From positions 832,001 to 896,000 of the forward strand of contig CAWAIF010000003.1 of assembly GCA_963782055.1 (NCBI GenBank): a DNA stretch of 64,000 nt, in the 5' to 3' direction. This document shows, in pieces, positions 31,030 through 41,093 of this stretch (within the stretch, counting starts at the first letter, position 1; each line of letters starts with the position of its first letter). This stretch comes from an uncultured delta proteobacterium. Lineage in GTDB: Bacteria > Myxococcota_A > Polyangia > Polyangiales > Polyangiaceae. Under the pieces are notes generated by a model. That model worked only from the letters and a program-made list of their open reading frames with translations. It ran no database searches and had not been told where the DNA came from. The translations under genes were made by a program, and so were the position numbers.

Positions 31030-31611
31030 ATGACGACCTTGGCTTATCCCCGGCTCTTCGCCGGACCGTCCGACCCGCCCGCCGAGGCGGACCTGCCTGC
31101 CCGGGCGCTCGCCGGGGACGCCAGCGCCTGGAACGCGCTCGTCCGCCGGCACAACCACCGGGTCGTGGTCGCCCTGCTCGGGCGCGGCTTCGGCATCGAC
31201 CGCGCCAAGGACATCGCCCAGGAGGCCTGGGTCCGTCTCATCGAGCAGCAGCGCGCCGGCAAGCTGAGCGAGCTGCGCCTGCCCGCCCTGGCGGTGGCCC
31301 AGGCCACCTTCCTCGCCCTGGACGATGCCCGTCGCGAGGGACGCACCCGCGGCCTGGAGGAGGGCCAGGAGTTCGTCGACCCGCAGCCCCTCTCGGAGGA
31401 GCGCGTGATCGGCGAGCAGCGCCTCGCCCTCGCCGAGAAGACCCTCGCGCGGTGCTCGCCGATGGCGCGCCGCGTGTTCACCCTGGTCTACGGCGGAGGC
31501 GGTCTGAGCCACGCCGACGTGGCCGCGCAGGTCGGCCTCTCGGTGCAGCGGGTGCGGCAGATCGTGTGCGAGGTCCGCAAGGAGCTTCGAAGCGTGCTGG
31601 AGGAGCCATGA
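31030..31611 (+). CDS. ECF RNA polymerase sigma factor
   Basis: GDASAWNALVRRH, AKDIAQEAW (region 2) and a region-4 HTH (LSHADVAAQVGLSVQRVRQ); ATGA-coupled to a zf-HC2 gene. Confidence 0.85.
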   Translation: MTTLAYPRLFAGPSDPPAEADLPARALAGDASAWNALVRRHNHRVVVALLGRGFGIDRAKDIAQEAWVRLIEQQRAGKLSELRLPALAVAQATFLALDDARREGRTRGLEEGQEFVDPQPLSEERVIGEQRLALAEKTLARCSPMARRVFTLVYGGGGLSHADVAAQVGLSVQRVRQIVCEVRKELRSVLEEP

Positions 31612-32006
31612 GCGAGCGTCACCTTTCTGCCGAGCGCCTCGAGCAGTACGTCATCGGCGCGCTCTCCGAGCCGGAGGCCTCCGAGGTGGAGCGCCACGTC
31701 GCGGCCTGCCCGGCGTGCGAGGCTCGCCTGATGAACGAGGCCAGCCTGGAGCTCGCCTTCGCGCAGGTCGCCTCCACCCGCAGGGTGGAGCCCTCCGTTC
31801 GTCGCGGCGTCTCGCGCGTCGTGCCCGCCGCGGTCGTCGGCGCCCTCGCCATGGCCGCCGCCGCCGTCGTGTGGTTGACGCCCGCCGCCCCCGTCGACTC
31901 TCGCGCCGCCGCCGCCCCGCCGCCGCAGGCGAGCTACGAGACCGGCGACGCCTCGACCGCGACCGCCCAGCTCGACGGCGACGCCCTCATCGGCATGCGC
32001 GATTGA
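31608..32006 (+). CDS. zf-HC2 anti-sigma factor, membrane-anchored
   Basis: HL..E.LEQYV.G.L..VERHVAACPAC (HxxxCxxC) followed by a TM helix. Confidence 0.85.
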   Translation: MSERHLSAERLEQYVIGALSEPEASEVERHVAACPACEARLMNEASLELAFAQVASTRRVEPSVRRGVSRVVPAAVVGALAMAAAAVVWLTPAAPVDSRAAAAPPPQASYETGDASTATAQLDGDALIGMRD

Positions 32007-32121
32007 GCCGGTAACTCCTTTCGCGGCGCCTCGCGCGAGGGCCCGGGAGGGCGCCTTTACCGTGCCCGCCAAAGAAGAACGTGGACGCGGTACCGGCTCT
32101 GCCTCTACACCTTGAGACCGC

Positions 32122-35100
32122 ATGATCCCCGGTCTCGGCAAGGAGCAGATCCTCCTCGGAAGCGCCCCCGACGCCGACGTGGTGCTTCAGGGGCCAGGAG
32201 TCGCGCCTCACCACGCGCGCATCATCAAGCAGCAGGGGCAGCTCTTCTACGTGGACCTCGGCCAGGGCGCGAGCTTCGGCAACGGCGCGCCCGTCCCGCC
32301 GAACCAGCCCGTCCCCTTCGACTTCCGCACCGTCTTCGCCGCCGGGCAGGTGACCGTCCCCCTCGGCCACCCCGCGATCGTGATGATGCTCATGGCCCCC
32401 GGTCAGCTCCCCAACGTGCCGCGCGGGCACGTGGTCGTGGGACGCGATCCGGCGCGCGCCTCGCTCGTCGTCGGCCACGGCGCGGTCAGCTCGCAGCACG
32501 CCACGGTGATGCTCGACCGCATGGCGGTGGTGGACCACGGGTCGACGAGCGGCACCTACGTGGCGGGCCAGCAGGTGCCCCCCAACCAGCCGGTGCCCAT
32601 CGACCCCAACGGCGTCGTCGCCTTCGGGCCGGTGCCAGTGCCCGTCTCGGTGCTCGGCCAGTACGCGAACGCCGTGGCCAGTGGCGCCCCCGCGCCCGGC
32701 GCGCCCATGGCCGGGGCGATGCCGGGCCAGCCGCCTCCGGGCCAGCCGATGCCGGGCCAGCCGGTCCCCGGCGCGCCGCCCGACGGCGCGCCCCCCCGCA
32801 AGCACCGCACCGTCATCGGCGAGCTGGACATGGCGGCGCTGCAGAGCAGCGTCCTCACCATCGGCCGCACGCCGGACAATCAGATCGTCGTCCCGCACCC
32901 GCAGGTGAGCTCGCGCCACGCGCAGATCATCAAGGTGGGCGACCAGCTCTTCATCGAGGACCTGCGCTCGGCCAACGGCACCTTCGTGCGCGGCCAGCGC
33001 CTGCCCCCCGGCCAGCGCGTCCCCGTGCAGAACGGCGAGAAGGTGCAGATCGGGCCGATGCCCCTTCTCATCCACATCGCCGGGCAGCAGATCAACGTCG
33101 TCGTCGAGGACCAGGCGAGCTGGGCGGGCAAGCCGCTCTACGAGATCGAGGCGTGGGACCTCTTCCTGGAGGTCCCCGATCGCGACAACAAGGCCACGAT
33201 GAAGGTCCTCCTGGACCACGTGTCCTTCAAGGCCCTCCCCGGCGACATGATCGCCCTGATGGGCCCGAGCGGCGCGGGCAAGACCACGCTGCTGATGACG
33301 CTCAACGGCTACCTGCCGCCCACGAGCGGGCAGGTGCGCATCAACGGCGAGGACCTCTACGCCATCTACGACGCGATGCGCGGGTCGATCGGCTACGTCC
33401 CGCAGGACGACATCGTCCACCCGGAGCTCACCGTCTTCGAGGCGGTGAAGTACTCCGCGCAGTTCCGCCTCCCGCCCGACTACTCCGACGACGAGATCAA
33501 CCAGCGCGTGGAGCAGACGCTGCGCGATCTGGGCCTGGAGGGCGTCAAGAACCTGCAGATCGGCAAGCCGGAGAAGAAGGTGCTCTCCGGCGGCCAGCGC
33601 AAGCGCGTCAACATCGCGCTGGAGCTGGTGACCGACCCGGTCATCCTCTTCCTGGACGAGCCGACGAGCGGTCTCGCCGCCGACGACACCACCGCCCTCA
33701 TCACCCTGCTGGCGGACCTGACGAAGCAGACCGGCAAGACGATCGTCATGACGATCCACCAGCCGGCGAAGGACGAGTTCGAGAAGTTCAACCTCGCCTT
33801 CATCATGGGCTACGGCGGCATCCCCACCTACTTCGGCCCCAGCGGCGAGGCCGCGTACCGCTTCTTCGGCGGCATCATCGAGCGGCCGAACAGCCCTTAC
33901 CGCGCCACGTACACCGGGCACGCGCAGCGGGTGGACAACCCGCGCGACATGTTCGACATGCTCAACCTGCGCGAGCGCTACGTGCACGAGGACATGAAGC
34001 GCCGCGACCCCACGACCCCGCGAAACATCGCGCGGCTCGAGGCCGCCCGCGGCTGGCGCGGAGAGTTCTTCCAGAACCAGAACGCCGTCTTCAACCAGAT
34101 GTTCTCCGGGCGGCGGGCCGTCGGCACCGAGCCGGCCACCCGCGGCACGCCGCACCGCGCCTCCACCCCGCGCCTGCGGCAGCTCGCCCTGCTGATGTCG
34201 CGCTACTGGAAGGTGAAGATCCGCGACCGCGCGGGCGCCGCCATCATGTTCCTGCAGGCGCCCATCATCGGCATCATGCTCGCGTTCGTCTTCGGCGGGC
34301 AGAAGCCGGCCATTCCCTTCTGGTGCCTCGGCGCGCTGCAGGAGCTGGCCAAGCGCAACGCCACGGCGACGAGCGCCACCTCCGACCTCCTGGGTCAGAT
34401 GCAGAACACCACGGACCACACGGCGGCGATGTTCTTCGTCGTCGTGTCCTGCGTGTGGTTCGGCACCAGCAACGCCGCCCGCGAGATCGTCACCGAGCGC
34501 GCGATCTACCTGCGCGAGCGCATGGTGAACCTCTCGCTCGTCAACTACGTCGTCTCCAAGTACGTGATCCTCAGCCTGGTGTGCGTGCTGCAGTGCACCA
34601 TGCTGCTGGCCATCGTCTTCTTCGCGCTCGGGTTCAACGGCGGCATCGGCGCCTTCGCGATGGAGCTGGTGAGCATGATCGCGGTGGCGATGAACGCGGC
34701 CGCCCTGGGCTTGCTCCTGTCCACGGTGGTCTCCTCCGCCGAGGCGGCGATGGCCCTCACGCCCATCGCGCTCATCCCGCAGGTCGTGCTCGGCGGGCTG
34801 ATGGTGCCCATGACCACCAACCCCATGCTCAAGCCGCTGATGATGGTGATGCCGGCGCGCTGGGGCTTCGAGGGATCCATCGCGCAGGAGCGCTTCTCCA
34901 TCGCCGGGGACTCGGCCTGGCTCATCGACCTGCACAAGCCCGGCCTCTCCAGCGCGCCCGATTTCATCAAGAACGGGCATTTCGAGTGCGCGGTCGCCCA
35001 GATCCAGAGCAGCGACCTCTCCGGCGCGTGGGGCTTCAGCAACTGGGATCTCACCGGGCTGCCCTGGGGCGTGCTCTACGGCATGACCCTGGTCATGCTC

Positions 35101-35142
35101 ATCGTCCTGATGATCCTGCTCAAGCGTCGCGACCCGGTCTGA
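32122..35142 (+). CDS. FHA-domain ABC transporter (FHA x3 + ATPase + ABC-2 permease; Rv1747-like)
   Basis: Three FHA-type segments (LGSA..HHA; VGRD..SQHA..GSTSGT; IGRT..SRHA..SANGT), Walker A GPSGAGKTT, LSGGQRKRV, LFLDEPTSGL, TIHQP, and C-terminal TM helices with EIVTERAIYLRERM. Confidence 0.93.
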   Translation: MIPGLGKEQILLGSAPDADVVLQGPGVAPHHARIIKQQGQLFYVDLGQGASFGNGAPVPPNQPVPFDFRTVFAAGQVTVPLGHPAIVMMLMAPGQLPNVPRGHVVVGRDPARASLVVGHGAVSSQHATVMLDRMAVVDHGSTSGTYVAGQQVPPNQPVPIDPNGVVAFGPVPVPVSVLGQYANAVASGAPAPGAPMAGAMPGQPPPGQPMPGQPVPGAPPDGAPPRKHRTVIGELDMAALQSSVLTIGRTPDNQIVVPHPQVSSRHAQIIKVGDQLFIEDLRSANGTFVRGQRLPPGQRVPVQNGEKVQIGPMPLLIHIAGQQINVVVEDQASWAGKPLYEIEAWDLFLEVPDRDNKATMKVLLDHVSFKALPGDMIALMGPSGAGKTTLLMTLNGYLPPTSGQVRINGEDLYAIYDAMRGSIGYVPQDDIVHPELTVFEAVKYSAQFRLPPDYSDDEINQRVEQTLRDLGLEGVKNLQIGKPEKKVLSGGQRKRVNIALELVTDPVILFLDEPTSGLAADDTTALITLLADLTKQTGKTIVMTIHQPAKDEFEKFNLAFIMGYGGIPTYFGPSGEAAYRFFGGIIERPNSPYRATYTGHAQRVDNPRDMFDMLNLRERYVHEDMKRRDPTTPRNIARLEAARGWRGEFFQNQNAVFNQMFSGRRAVGTEPATRGTPHRASTPRLRQLALLMSRYWKVKIRDRAGAAIMFLQAPIIGIMLAFVFGGQKPAIPFWCLGALQELAKRNATATSATSDLLGQMQNTTDHTAAMFFVVVSCVWFGTSNAAREIVTERAIYLRERMVNLSLVNYVVSKYVILSLVCVLQCTMLLAIVFFALGFNGGIGAFAMELVSMIAVAMNAAALGLLLSTVVSSAEAAMALTPIALIPQVVLGGLMVPMTTNPMLKPLMMVMPARWGFEGSIAQERFSIAGDSAWLIDLHKPGLSSAPDFIKNGHFECAVAQIQSSDLSGAWGFSNWDLTGLPWGVLYGMTLVMLIVLMILLKRRDPV

Positions 35143-35200
35143 AGAGCCGTCGTCTCCCGCCGATCACGCGCGGCGTGCGCACGCCGCGACTTGTTGTACC

Positions 35201-36958
35201 ATGGGGGACCGGTATCACCCGCGAGCGAAGAGCGTGAAGAGCTGCCCCAAGTGCCAGCAACGGTTCGGTGACGACCGGACGTTCTGCTTCCTCGACGGGA
35301 CGCCGCTCACCGAGCTCTCCGACGCGCGCCTGGGGACCGCGATCGCCGGGCGCTACACGCTGGAGAGCGTCATCGGCGAGGGCGGCATGGCCATCGTCTA
35401 CCGGGCGCGGCACAAGGTGATGGACCAGCCCTTCGCCATCAAGGTGATGAGCCCGCTGCTCGCGCGCGACCCGGTGGTGCGCGAGCGCTTCCGGCGCGAG
35501 GCCAAGAGCGCCAAGAAGATCGCCCACCCCAACATCATCGAGATCTTCGAGGAGGGCGACACCGGCGACGGCACCGCCTACATGGTGATGGAGTACCTGC
35601 AGGGCGAGAGCCTGGCGGACATAATAACCCGGGGGCCCATCGACGCGAAGCGCGCCGTCGCGCTGATGATCCAGATGGCCCGTGGCATCGCGCGCGCGCA
35701 CGACCTGGGCGTCATTCACCGCGACCTCAAGCCGGAGAACATCTTCGTCTGCCAGCGCGCCGACGCGACGGACCTCGTCAAGCTGCTGGACTTCGGCATC
35801 GCGCTCTCCAAGCAGGACTCGCGCCTCACCGGGACCGGCGAGCTGTTCGGCACGCCGCAGTACATGGCGCCCGAGCGCATCACCTCCACCGACACTGGCC
35901 CGGCCTCCGACCTGTACGCGCTGGGCGTCATCTTCTTCGAGATGCTGAGCGGCCGCCTGCCCTTCGACGCGCCGGACGTGGCCACCTTCTTCGTCCGGCA
36001 CATCAAGGAGACGCCCCTGCCCATCCGCAAGCTCGCGCCGGGCACGCCGGAGGGGCTCGCCGACCTCATCGACCGACTGCTCGCCAAGGACCCGAAGGAG
36101 CGGCCGGTGGACGCGCACAAGGTGACGGCCGAGCTGGTGGCCGTCGCCGAGGAGCTGGGCGCGCCCATCCCACCGGAGCCCGCCGCCGACCCGGAGAGCC
36201 AGCGCTTCCCCTCCATGCCGCTCTCCGAGGGCGGCACGCGCCGGTGGATGCGCCGCGCCGACGTGCTGCGCGAGATGCTGCGGCGGGCCTACGCCGGGCA
36301 GGCGCCGCCGCCCGCGCTCGTGCAGCTGCTCGACCGCGTCACCGAGCTCGCGCGCAACGTGGCCGACCTGAGGTCGAAGAGCGTCGTGGAGCAGAACAAG
36401 CTGGAGGAGATCGCCCGGCGCGGGCGCGACGGGCGACAGCGCCTCGGCTACGCGGTGGACGCGCTCGGCCTGGACACCTCGCGGGCGCGCGAGGAGCTGC
36501 GCCACACCGAGGAGGCCATCGCCTCCGCGCGCAAGAACGTGGAGGCGGCGCGCAAGCAGTTCCTGCAGGTGCACAAGGACATCACCCTCTGGGAGGGCCG
36601 CTGCGGCTTCGCCGAGCCGTACGAGGACCTGATGAACGCCTACCGCGACGCCGCCGACGTCATCGAGGGCTGGCTCTCCGCGCGCGGGACGGAGCGGCGC
36701 GCGGGGTCGCAGGTGGACGAGCAGCGCAAGGCGGTGGGCGAGATGGAGTTCCAGCTCACGCAGCTCCGCGAGTCGTTGCTCACGCACGAGCAGGACATCG
36801 AGGCGGAGCGGGAGGCGACGGAGGGGCTGGTGGTGCAGCTCACGCACGAGACCGACGAGGCGGAGGAGGAGCTGCTGTCGCTGGCGGAGGCGTTCTGCGA
36901 GCCGCTGCGGGAGCGCGCGGAGCTGGATGCGTTGTTCCGGCAGCTGGAGGCGGCGTAG
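35201..36958 (+). CDS. Ser/Thr protein kinase with N-terminal Cys knuckle and C-terminal coiled coil
   Basis: CPKC..FC, IGEGGMAIVY, AIK, HRDLKPENIF, DFG, GTPQYMAPE, SDLYALG. The true start may be GTG 35233-region (VKSC). Confidence 0.92.
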   Translation: MGDRYHPRAKSVKSCPKCQQRFGDDRTFCFLDGTPLTELSDARLGTAIAGRYTLESVIGEGGMAIVYRARHKVMDQPFAIKVMSPLLARDPVVRERFRREAKSAKKIAHPNIIEIFEEGDTGDGTAYMVMEYLQGESLADIITRGPIDAKRAVALMIQMARGIARAHDLGVIHRDLKPENIFVCQRADATDLVKLLDFGIALSKQDSRLTGTGELFGTPQYMAPERITSTDTGPASDLYALGVIFFEMLSGRLPFDAPDVATFFVRHIKETPLPIRKLAPGTPEGLADLIDRLLAKDPKERPVDAHKVTAELVAVAEELGAPIPPEPAADPESQRFPSMPLSEGGTRRWMRRADVLREMLRRAYAGQAPPPALVQLLDRVTELARNVADLRSKSVVEQNKLEEIARRGRDGRQRLGYAVDALGLDTSRAREELRHTEEAIASARKNVEAARKQFLQVHKDITLWEGRCGFAEPYEDLMNAYRDAADVIEGWLSARGTERRAGSQVDEQRKAVGEMEFQLTQLRESLLTHEQDIEAEREATEGLVVQLTHETDEAEEELLSLAEAFCEPLRERAELDALFRQLEAA

Positions 36959-36965
36959 GGAGAGG

Positions 36966-37970
36966 ATGGTGCTCCCGCCCGACCGCTCCTTCGCCTCCGC
37001 CTGCGAGGGCTCCATCGTCGGCCTCGCCGTCGGCGACGCGCTGGGCTTCCCCGCCGAGTTCCGGCGGCGAGACCCCATCCTCGCGTCCTTCGGCGCGGAG
37101 GGCATCACCGACTTCGTCGCCCTGCACGATCCGCGCTGGCCCGCGCGCCCGGCGATCATGGGCAAGGCGCACCCGCCCGGCACCTACAGCGACGACACGC
37201 AGATGACGCTCGCGCTGGCGGAGGGTTTGCTGGAGACGCGCGACGAGGACGACCTGGACACGCGCATGAACGCGATCGGCCGGCGCTTCGTCGCGTGGAG
37301 CGGCGCCGACGACAACGATCGCGCGCCCGGCAACGCGTGCATGACCGGCTGCCACGCCTTCGCGCGCGGCGCGCCGTGGCGCACCTCCGGCGTCGCCGAC
37401 TCGAAGGGTTGCGGCAGCGCGATGCGCGTCGCGCCGATCGGCCTGCTCTACGCGCACGACCTGCCGAGGGTGCTGGAGCTGGCGCGCGCGCAGTCGCTGC
37501 TCACCCACCGCCACGACGCCGGCGTGGAGGGCGCCGCCGCCGCCGCGCTCCTCGTCGCGCTCGCGGTGCAGCGCCGCTCCCCGGAGGAGATGATCGTGGC
37601 CGTCCGCCGCGAGTGCTCGCCGCGCTCCCCCGACTTCGCCGCCTGCTGGGAGAAGCTCGACGCCCTCCGCGAGGCGCCGCCGGAGATCGCCCTCTCCTCG
37701 CGAGGGCTGGGCGAGGGCTGGGTCGCCGAGGAAGCGGTGGCGTCGGCGATGTGGTGCTTCCGGCGCGCCCCGGACGACTTCTCCCGCGCGGTGCTCACCG
37801 CCGCCACGACCGACGGCGACTCCGACAGCCTCGCGTGCATCGCCGGAGGGATCGCCGGCGCGTACCTGGGCGCGGCCGCCATCCCGGCGAAGTGGCGTCG
37901 CGACGTGGAGAACGCCGCCGCCCTCCGCGACCTCGCGCAGAGGATCGCGACCCGCGCGGCGCAGCGCTGA
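36966..37970 (+). CDS. ADP-ribosylglycohydrolase (DraG/ARH family)
   Basis: GLAVGDALG, YSDDTQM, GCGSAMRVAPIG, LTH, DGDSDSLACIAG; AGAGG RBS. Confidence 0.92.
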   Translation: MVLPPDRSFASACEGSIVGLAVGDALGFPAEFRRRDPILASFGAEGITDFVALHDPRWPARPAIMGKAHPPGTYSDDTQMTLALAEGLLETRDEDDLDTRMNAIGRRFVAWSGADDNDRAPGNACMTGCHAFARGAPWRTSGVADSKGCGSAMRVAPIGLLYAHDLPRVLELARAQSLLTHRHDAGVEGAAAAALLVALAVQRRSPEEMIVAVRRECSPRSPDFAACWEKLDALREAPPEIALSSRGLGEGWVAEEAVASAMWCFRRAPDDFSRAVLTAATTDGDSDSLACIAGGIAGAYLGAAAIPAKWRRDVENAAALRDLAQRIATRAAQR

Positions 37971-38032
37971 GCCCAGGGATTGCTTCAGGGACTCGCATGG
38001 CGGGGAGGGGCCCCCTCCTCTTCCTCTCTCTC

Positions 38033-38806
38033 TCACCGGAACCAGTAGTGGTGCACCACGAACACCACCCCGAAGATCCGCTGCTCGTGCCGCCCGAGCA
38101 GCGTCGCGCCGGGGAACGCGCCGGGATCGACGCCGTCGGGCACGCCGGTCATCCCGGGCGCCCAGAGCTCCAGCCGCTCGCCGAACACCCACGGGATCGC
38201 CACCGGGCCGACGACGAGCCACACGCCGGCGTCGTCGCCGTCGCGCTGTCGCGAGGTGAGCGCGGCGCCGGTGCGGTCCTCCGCGTCGGCGCCCAGCGGC
38301 TCGAGGCGCAGGATGCCCGCCACGTTGCCGCCGGGCATCGGGAAGACGGCGCTCATGTAGCGCGACTCGCCTCGCTGCCACGTGGCGTAGGCGACGGCCT
38401 GCATCACCTCGCCGGAGCCGGCGTAGGCGCGGATCACCGCCCGCGCGTCGGCGCGGCCGTCGAGCGAGGGGTCGATCGCCATCGCGCGCGTCACGATGCG
38501 CCCCTCCCGTCGCGGCAGCACGAACTGCCCGATGAGGCGCATCGCGTGCCGCGCGATCGGCCAGACCCACGAGAAGGGGAAGCGCCAGTGGCTGCGCACG
38601 AGCAGATCGAGCGACGCGGTGTCCTCGAAGAAGCGGGCGACCGCCGGGTGGATGCGCGCCACGTCCACGCCGGGGTTGGCGAGATCGGCGACGCGATCGA
38701 CGACGCCGCGCGGCGCGGGATCGCGCGAGACCAGCGCCCCGCGCCGGGCAAAGTAGTCCGCCCCGACGTGGAGGAAGCCCCCGAAGCGGCTGCGCGCGGC
38801 CCTCAC
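38033..38806 (-). CDS. hypothetical protein resembling the YndJ C-terminal domain
   Basis: IHPAVARFFEDT, W..PF, DGRADARAVIRAY, YMSAVFPMPGGN. GTG start overlaps the stop of the upstream small ORF. Confidence 0.6.
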   Translation of the reverse strand: MRAARSRFGGFLHVGADYFARRGALVSRDPAPRGVVDRVADLANPGVDVARIHPAVARFFEDTASLDLLVRSHWRFPFSWVWPIARHAMRLIGQFVLPRREGRIVTRAMAIDPSLDGRADARAVIRAYAGSGEVMQAVAYATWQRGESRYMSAVFPMPGGNVAGILRLEPLGADAEDRTGAALTSRQRDGDDAGVWLVVGPVAIPWVFGERLELWAPGMTGVPDGVDPGAFPGATLLGRHEQRIFGVVFVVHHYWFR

Positions 38807-38973
38807 TGGATGGTGGAGTTGTCCACCTGCGGGTCGCCGTTCGCCAGGACGAAGATGCCCGGGTAGCCCTTCGTCTCGAAGCCGTCGGAGGGGTTGTCGG
38901 TCAGGGTGGAGTCCGCGGTGCAGGCGAGGACCACGAGGACACGAGAACGGTGACGCCCGGTGCGATCGCTCAT
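38803..38973 (-). CDS. small hypothetical protein (56 aa)
   Basis: TATCCT box and GGGAGG Shine-Dalgarno before ATG; GTGA overlap with the next gene. Confidence 0.45.
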   Translation of the reverse strand: MSDRTGRHRSRVLVVLACTADSTLTDNPSDGFETKGYPGIFVLANGDPQVDNSTIQ

Positions 38974-39171
38974 GACGAGCCTCCCGGCGATCAGGATAGG
39001 CCGATCGCCCTTCCGATGCACGCCAGCGCGGTCGCGTGGCGCGCACGAGGAGCCCGATACCGGAAGGCGGACGCGCGCTGGTTGAGCGACGAGGCTCTCG
39101 AGGCGCGACGCGCTCGCCGCCGCGCGTGAGCGCCTGTCCCCGGGAGCCGGGAGCCTGTAACGTGGTCCGCC

Positions 39172-40194
39172 ATGCGCCCCTGGTCCGTCCCCCTCCACGG
39201 CAAGCTCGAGGAGATGACCCTCGAAAGCGCGCTCCTGCGCGACAACCCCCTCGGCGATCCCAGCGAGCGCCCGCTCTGGGTCTACACGCCTCCCGCGTCG
39301 GTGAAGCACCCCGAGCGCCGGCTGCCGGTCATCTACCTCATCCAGGGCCTCACCGGGCAGCTCGACATGTGGCGCAACCGCGCGCCCTTCCGGCGCAACG
39401 TGCCCGAGCTGGTCGACGAGCTCTTCGCCCGCGAGGACGTGCCGCCGTGCTTCGTCGTCTACGTGGACGCGTGGACGGCCTACGGCGGGAGCCAGTTCGT
39501 CGACTCGCCCGGCACCGGCAAGTACATGTCCTACCTCTGCGACGAGGTCGTTCCCTTCGTCGACGCGCGCTATCCGACCCTCGCCGACCGCGATCACCGC
39601 GCGCTCACCGGCAAGTCGAGCGGCGGCTACGGCGCCATGGTGGTGCCCATGCTGCGGCCGGACGTCTTCGGCGCGCTGGCGACGCACGCGGGGGATGCGC
39701 TCTTCGAGCTCTGCTACGCCCACGGCTTCGGCAACACCGTCCGCGCCCTGCGCGATCACTACGAGGGATCCTACGAGAAGTTCTGGGAGGAGTTCCGCAA
39801 GCGGCCCGCCTTCAGCAAGGCGACCGACGCGACGCTGCTCAACGACTTCTGCATGGCCGCCTGCTACTCCGCCGACGCCGACGGCACCGTGCGCCTGCCC
39901 TTCGACGTGACGACCGGCCGGCGCATCCCGGAGGTGTGGGACCGCTGGCTCGCGTGGGATCCGGTGTACATGGCGCCGAAGTACGCCGAGGCGCTCCGAT
40001 CCATGCGCGGGATCTACATCGACGCGGGCAAGCGCGACGAGTGGTACCTGGATCTCGGCGCGGAGGCGTTCCGCGGCGAGCTGGAGAAGCTCGGCGTGAA
40101 GGAGGTCTTCTGCGAGCTCTTCGACGCCACGCACTCCGCCATCGAGTACCGCTACCCGATCGCGATGGAGTACCTGGCGCGCAAGCTCGCCTGA
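39172..40194 (+). CDS. alpha/beta hydrolase, enterochelin-esterase-like family
   Basis: NPLGDP..R.LWVYTPP, PVIYL, YGGSQF, nucleophile elbow GKSSGGYGA, IYIDAG..DE, H near the C-terminus. Confidence 0.88.
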   Translation: MRPWSVPLHGKLEEMTLESALLRDNPLGDPSERPLWVYTPPASVKHPERRLPVIYLIQGLTGQLDMWRNRAPFRRNVPELVDELFAREDVPPCFVVYVDAWTAYGGSQFVDSPGTGKYMSYLCDEVVPFVDARYPTLADRDHRALTGKSSGGYGAMVVPMLRPDVFGALATHAGDALFELCYAHGFGNTVRALRDHYEGSYEKFWEEFRKRPAFSKATDATLLNDFCMAACYSADADGTVRLPFDVTTGRRIPEVWDRWLAWDPVYMAPKYAEALRSMRGIYIDAGKRDEWYLDLGAEAFRGELEKLGVKEVFCELFDATHSAIEYRYPIAMEYLARKLA

Positions 40195-40400
40195 CGCCGG
40201 GGGGAGCCGATCCTCCGGAACGTACGCGCAAGCCCTTCACCTCAGGCAAAGCGGACTTATGTTCCAGGCGTGCCCGCGAAGGTCGGACACCCACCGGAGC
40301 GGCTGGCTCCGGGCGGACGCGCCGCCGGCCAGGTGAGGCAACCTGGCCCGGTCATGACGTCGCCCGGAATCGCCTTAGGGTGGTGGTGGGGCTCCACACG

Positions 40401-41093
40401 ATGTTTCTCGCGCTGATGGTCATCGGCCTCGCAGGCCTTTTGTTGATGGCGGTGCCCGCGTTCGGGCGGCACGGTCACGGCCCGAGCGGCGTTCATGGGC
40501 GCGGCGGGGCCGGGCGCCTCGTGGCGGGGCACGGCGGCGCCGGGCGCGCGGCGCTCGTCGCCAGCAGCAAGGCGGGCGCGGCGGCGGGGGCGGCCAGCGC
40601 GACCGGCAGGGAGGACGAACCGGAGACGGCGGTCCACCGCCTGCTCGGCCTCCTGCCCTCACCCCGCGCGGTCTGCAGCGTGCTCGCGCTCTACGGCGCG
40701 TTCGGCAACGCGCTCGTCCACGCCGGTCACCTGCCCTTTGGCGTCGCCGCCCTCGTCGCGACGATCCCCGCGCTGCTGGTGGAGCGCCTCGTGGTGCGGC
40801 CGGTGTGGAACCTCGTCTTCCGCTTCCAGGGGCAGCCGAGCACCCCGCTCGACACGCTCCTCCTCTCGGAGGCGAAGGCGGTCGTCCCCTTCCGTAACGG
40901 GCGCGGCCTCGTCTCGGTCGTGCGTGACGGGCGCGTCGTGCAGCTCTCCGCGACGCTCCGCGTCGACCAGCGCAGCCTGCCGGTGCGCGTCGGCGAGCGG
41001 CTGCGCGTGGACGATGTGGACGCGCGCCGCGAGCGCGTGACGGTCTCGGTCCTCGGTCTCAGCAAGGAGTCATCATGCCAGAACCATCATTGA
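40401..41093 (+). CDS. NfeD-like membrane partner of flotillin
   Basis: N-terminal TM, Gly/His loop, two further TMs and an OB-like C-terminus (A.AV.PF.NGRGLV..DG..VRVGERLRV); directly upstream of the SPFH gene. Confidence 0.65.
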   Translation: MFLALMVIGLAGLLLMAVPAFGRHGHGPSGVHGRGGAGRLVAGHGGAGRAALVASSKAGAAAGAASATGREDEPETAVHRLLGLLPSPRAVCSVLALYGAFGNALVHAGHLPFGVAALVATIPALLVERLVVRPVWNLVFRFQGQPSTPLDTLLLSEAKAVVPFRNGRGLVSVVRDGRVVQLSATLRVDQRSLPVRVGERLRVDDVDARRERVTVSVLGLSKESSCQNHH

